Assembly (NCBI GenBank): GCA_030271615.1
Contig: JARXKP010000001.1
Span: forward strand, 5,743 to 69,742
DNA from: Pseudomonadota bacterium
GTDB lineage: Bacteria; Pseudomonadota; Gammaproteobacteria; Burkholderiales; Burkholderiaceae_C
Direction: 5' to 3'
Length of the DNA: 64,000 bases
Of this stretch, positions 60,922-64,000 are shown piece after piece. Under the pieces are notes generated by a model. It made no database searches, was not told where the DNA came from, and worked only from the letters and a program-made list of their open reading frames with translations. The position numbers and the translations under genes were made by a program. Within the stretch, counting starts at the first letter, position 1. Every line of letters starts with the position of its first letter.

Positions 60922-61173
60922 TGTCTTTCCCTTCACCAAAAAATAACTCATCTCACATTGAAGCGTCGTTCTCTGGCTCACGAGAACCCGCGCGACCAAG
61001 GCCCGAAAGGATAAATTGCGTTCATTACCTACAGTAACGATGATGGCACGCAGCAGCAACCATCCGCAACGTTCTTCACAGAGCGACTGTCGCGTTCTGT
61101 GCTGCTATCGTGAATTAGCCACAACGGATGGGGCTGGTGCCGTCGATGGATCGCCCATGCGGCGCACGTACCA

Positions 61174-63288
61174 TCACCGAACTTCCAACAAATCGAGGTC
61201 GGATCCGATCCAACCGTTAAACAACGGGATCAGTAAAGTTACTTCTGTACCCTTTTCCGGATCACTGACAACCGAAATCTTTCCACCAAGCTCTTGAATG
61301 TATTGCGAGCTCTCGTAGGCACCGATGCCCATGCCGGTCGGCTTGGTCGATTGAAACGGTCGGAACAAGCGATCGCGAATGAATTCTGCCGTCATTCCAT
61401 GCCCCGTATCGCCAACGACGACTCGCGCTCGATCGCCGAGTTTGTCGAGTCGGAGCCAGACCTGTCCGTTCGAGTCGGTTGCATCCAGCGCGTTGTGCAC
61501 TAAATGTCCGATCACTCGCTCAATCCTCTCATCGTGCCCGCGCACGACAACAGATTCGTGACAGCTGATTTCGATGCGCCGCCCGCGGCTATTTGTGACG
61601 GATTCGATACGCTGAACGACACCCCCTAGATCAACGCCAAAAGTTGTTCCTGCCGGTGTCGTACCTTCGCGCAACTGCGCCATCAGTTGCCGCATTTTCT
61701 CCAAGGAGTTTTCGACGGTGTCGAGCATGTCTCGTTGAAATTCCGGATTGGCGTGCAACCGCTTGGCGTTCTTCATCATCAGAGAAAGTTGCGTAACGAT
61801 GTTCTTGAGATCGTGCACTACAAAGGCCGACATGCGGTTGAATGCATCGAACTTACGAACTTCCAATAAAGCCTCGGTCGCCACCATCTGGGCCAAGAAA
61901 CTGGCGGCTTGCCTAGCCGCGGTTTTGAGCAGATCGTGAACTTCCCAATTGGCATCGAAAGGAATTCTTGCTCTAAGCAAGACGACAAATCCCATCAATT
62001 TATCCGCAACAATCAGAGGAACTATCAACCAAGCCTGAGGTATAGACTGCAACCATACCGGAAGGGGCATCGCCTCATAACGCCCAGGGAATGAACGATA
62101 TTCCTCGAGATTTATAACTGTACTTTCTTGCTCCAAGATGCGGCACAGATCCGAGGTAACCTCTTCGACCTCGTGTCTCGCCTCGAGATTCAGCCGAGCG
62201 GTCTGATGAAATCCGGTTGCGTCCGGCGTTCTCATCCAAAGACCCCCTCCTGGGCTCTCAACCAAATCGGCCAATCCTCGAATAACCTGCCTTCCCATTT
62301 CCTGTGGCGTGCTTTGCGAACAGAGCGCATGCGTAAACTTTAACCATTCTTCGCGGTAGTCGTACCTGTACCGAAAAAAATTCTTACTCAAGAAAATTCG
62401 TAATTTAGCGCGAACAGAACCAGATACAGTCAACAGTATAAAAAATACCAACGAAACGAAGACGATGCATATTTGAAATGCTCGCCCCCAGTTTCCGCCA
62501 AAAAACTTGACATAATATCCAACCCCGGAGATCAAGAGCAAATACACTCCGCAAATAAGCAACGTAGCGGAATGAAATGCGGTGCTCCGAGAAATTCGCA
62601 GTTGCGAAGTCCAATCCTTAAGCCGCATGGTCGATATGAAGAGCAGCGGAGCCATCAGTGCGTGTATGGCCCCTCGAATACTGTATAAATCAACGTCAAC
62701 CTTGCCGAAAATTACTGCCTGCGAGTACATGTAAAGGTCGAATGCGAAGGATCCCGCCAACCCTGCGCTTACGGGCTTGACGCTCCAGCGTGAATCTTGA
62801 GACGCGTTACGAAAAACTTGCTCGACCAAGAACAAGCCAAAGATAGCCAGCGCCATCGAACTCATCGGAATCAACCGAGTTCTAGCCAACCAATCGAATC
62901 CAAAGGGTTCGATGCTGTGGACGACCACTGAGCCCACAACCAGCAGAAACGCCGCGATAGCAAGCGCAGTGATCCGAGTTGGCCTGCGGCCCGGCTGCTC
63001 CGGTCGGATCAACAACAGGAAGGCAAGCCAAAGTCCGTAACGAAAAACGTCAGTGACAGAGGCAAACCATGCCATCAGACGATCGTCGAACACGACACCC
63101 GCCATCGCGAACCACCCCCACAAGGAGGTGCAACAGACCGCTCCGAGCAGAGTGATAGCCGGAGCCGTTCTAATTGAATGCCCGTAACCAACGCGGATGA
63201 GGGTCAGCGCGAACGCCAAGTGCGCCACGCCTACAAACCCGAAACTCCAAGCAGCGAATGAGCTGGTGTGCGCGTCCATACTTTCCAT
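61174..63288 (-). CDS. prsK: PEP-CTERM system histidine kinase
   Basis: Multi-TM N-terminus, KNFFRYRYDYREEWL, GAF-like region, H-box FNRMSAFVVHDLKN, N-box HNALDA, DTGHGM, GMGIGAYES. Start 63288 or 63279. Confidence 0.93.
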   Translation of the reverse strand: MESMDAHTSSFAAWSFGFVGVAHLAFALTLIRVGYGHSIRTAPAITLLGAVCCTSLWGWFAMAGVVFDDRLMAWFASVTDVFRYGLWLAFLLLIRPEQPGRRPTRITALAIAAFLLVVGSVVVHSIEPFGFDWLARTRLIPMSSMALAIFGLFLVEQVFRNASQDSRWSVKPVSAGLAGSFAFDLYMYSQAVIFGKVDVDLYSIRGAIHALMAPLLFISTMRLKDWTSQLRISRSTAFHSATLLICGVYLLLISGVGYYVKFFGGNWGRAFQICIVFVSLVFFILLTVSGSVRAKLRIFLSKNFFRYRYDYREEWLKFTHALCSQSTPQEMGRQVIRGLADLVESPGGGLWMRTPDATGFHQTARLNLEARHEVEEVTSDLCRILEQESTVINLEEYRSFPGRYEAMPLPVWLQSIPQAWLIVPLIVADKLMGFVVLLRARIPFDANWEVHDLLKTAARQAASFLAQMVATEALLEVRKFDAFNRMSAFVVHDLKNIVTQLSLMMKNAKRLHANPEFQRDMLDTVENSLEKMRQLMAQLREGTTPAGTTFGVDLGGVVQRIESVTNSRGRRIEISCHESVVVRGHDERIERVIGHLVHNALDATDSNGQVWLRLDKLGDRARVVVGDTGHGMTAEFIRDRLFRPFQSTKPTGMGIGAYESSQYIQELGGKISVVSDPEKGTEVTLLIPLFNGWIGSDLDLLEVR

Positions 63289-63554
63289 ACGAATAAAAAC
63301 GACTAGAAGCTTGGCAAGACATTCCAAGCGTCAATGCCGAAGGACGGCCCGAAGAATTCGGCATGACTTGCGCTTGCGAGCGTACAGGATGCTCGGTTGG
63401 TCGGATCGAGTGCGACAGACTCGACACGGCACCCACATTTCTTTCGCGCCGGCTCGCAAACCCTGAAACTTAGCGCCCTCTCCAAGCATCCATATCACCC
63501 CGGGGTTCTATACTGAAGTGACACAGAATGCACAAGTCAGCAACAAGGTCGGAC

Positions 63555-64000
63555 ATGGGTACGAAGCTCAAGATTTCGGGATGGATCGCCCTCGGAGCCG
63601 TGGCTGGCGCACTGGCCACGATGCAGTTGCAAGCCTCGGCGCGCAATGCGGTCAGCTCCCTGCCGCTTGAGGAATTGCAGCAGCTCGCTGCGGTGTTCGG
63701 CATGGTCAAGAGTGACTACGTCGAAGTGGTCGACGAGAAAAAGCTCATCACCGACGCCATCGGCGGCATGGTGGCGGGGCTCGATCCGCACTCCCAGTAT
63801 TTCGACAAGAAGTCGTGGAAGGAATTCCGCGAAGGAACCACCGGGCGCTTCGTCGGTGTCGGCATCGAAATCGGCATGGAAGACGGTCTGGTCAAGGTGG
63901 TCACACCAATTGAAGGCTCACCGGCGTTTCGCGCCGGACTGAAAAGCGGCGACCTGATCACCAAGATCGACGACTCGGTCGTCAAAGGCCTGAGCCTGGA
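63555..64000 (+). CDS. ctpA: S41 family carboxy-terminal processing protease (5' part, truncated by the window end)
   Basis: Translated manually from ATG 63555: MGTKLKISGWIALG...LPLEELQQLAAVFGMVKSDYVE...LDPHSQY...FVGVGIEIG...PIEGSPAFRAGLKSGDLI (PDZ). Not in the ORF track because there is no stop in the window. Confidence 0.92.
   Translation, partial: MGTKLKISGWIALGAVAGALATMQLQASARNAVSSLPLEELQQLAAVFGMVKSDYVEVVDEKKLITDAIGGMVAGLDPHSQYFDKKSWKEFREGTTGRFVGVGIEIGMEDGLVKVVTPIEGSPAFRAGLKSGDLITKIDDSVVKGLSL

Noticed and set aside
60922..61173. Sigma-54 (-24/-12) promoter or prsR remnant upstream of wza
   Set aside because: The GG/GC candidates I checked lack the required 10-nt spacing on the correct strand, and the 19-aa ORF after prsK does not resemble a receiver domain.

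Overview
The window looks like a high-GC betaproteobacterial (Burkholderiales-like) chromosome segment. About 57 kb of it (6.6-63.3 kb) is an exosortase A / PEP-CTERM-associated surface-glycan locus. The canonical core lies on the minus strand: prsK, Wza-like export lipoprotein, chain-length determinant, tyrosine autokinase, outer-membrane protein, ExeA-like ATPase, wecB, deacetylase, FemAB-like protein, GT4s, xrtA, amidotransferase, CapK-like ligase and O-glycosylation ligase. A variable, partly AT-rich block follows, holding a pyruvyltransferase, a Wzm/Wzt ABC exporter, acyltransferases, many GT2/GT4 genes and several unknown genes. A divergent sub-module carries a small secreted Cys-rich protein upstream of two paralogous O-antigen-ligase-like proteins (one fused to two VanZ-like domains). 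Its other arm holds a Tat beta-helix protein, two AsnB-like proteins lacking the glutaminase Cys, and a GT4-GT4 fusion. The tviB/tviC-like nucleotide-sugar genes close the locus on the left. The left end (1-6.5 kb) has an FHA-PP2C/STAS/RsbW partner-switching trio, an ABC ATPase-LolA-like-OM protein operon whose permease appears deleted to an in-frame scar, and a degenerate, frameshifted nSTAND1-like protein. The right end is the 5' part of ctpA. I saw no rRNA, tRNA, CRISPR or IS. All family and TIGRFAM labels come from motif recognition and gene order, not database searches. The most interesting candidates are a possible dedicated acceptor + O-ligase glycosylation module, ABC-type glycan flipping inside a Wza/Wzc-type XrtA locus, and the glutaminase-less AsnB amide ligases.
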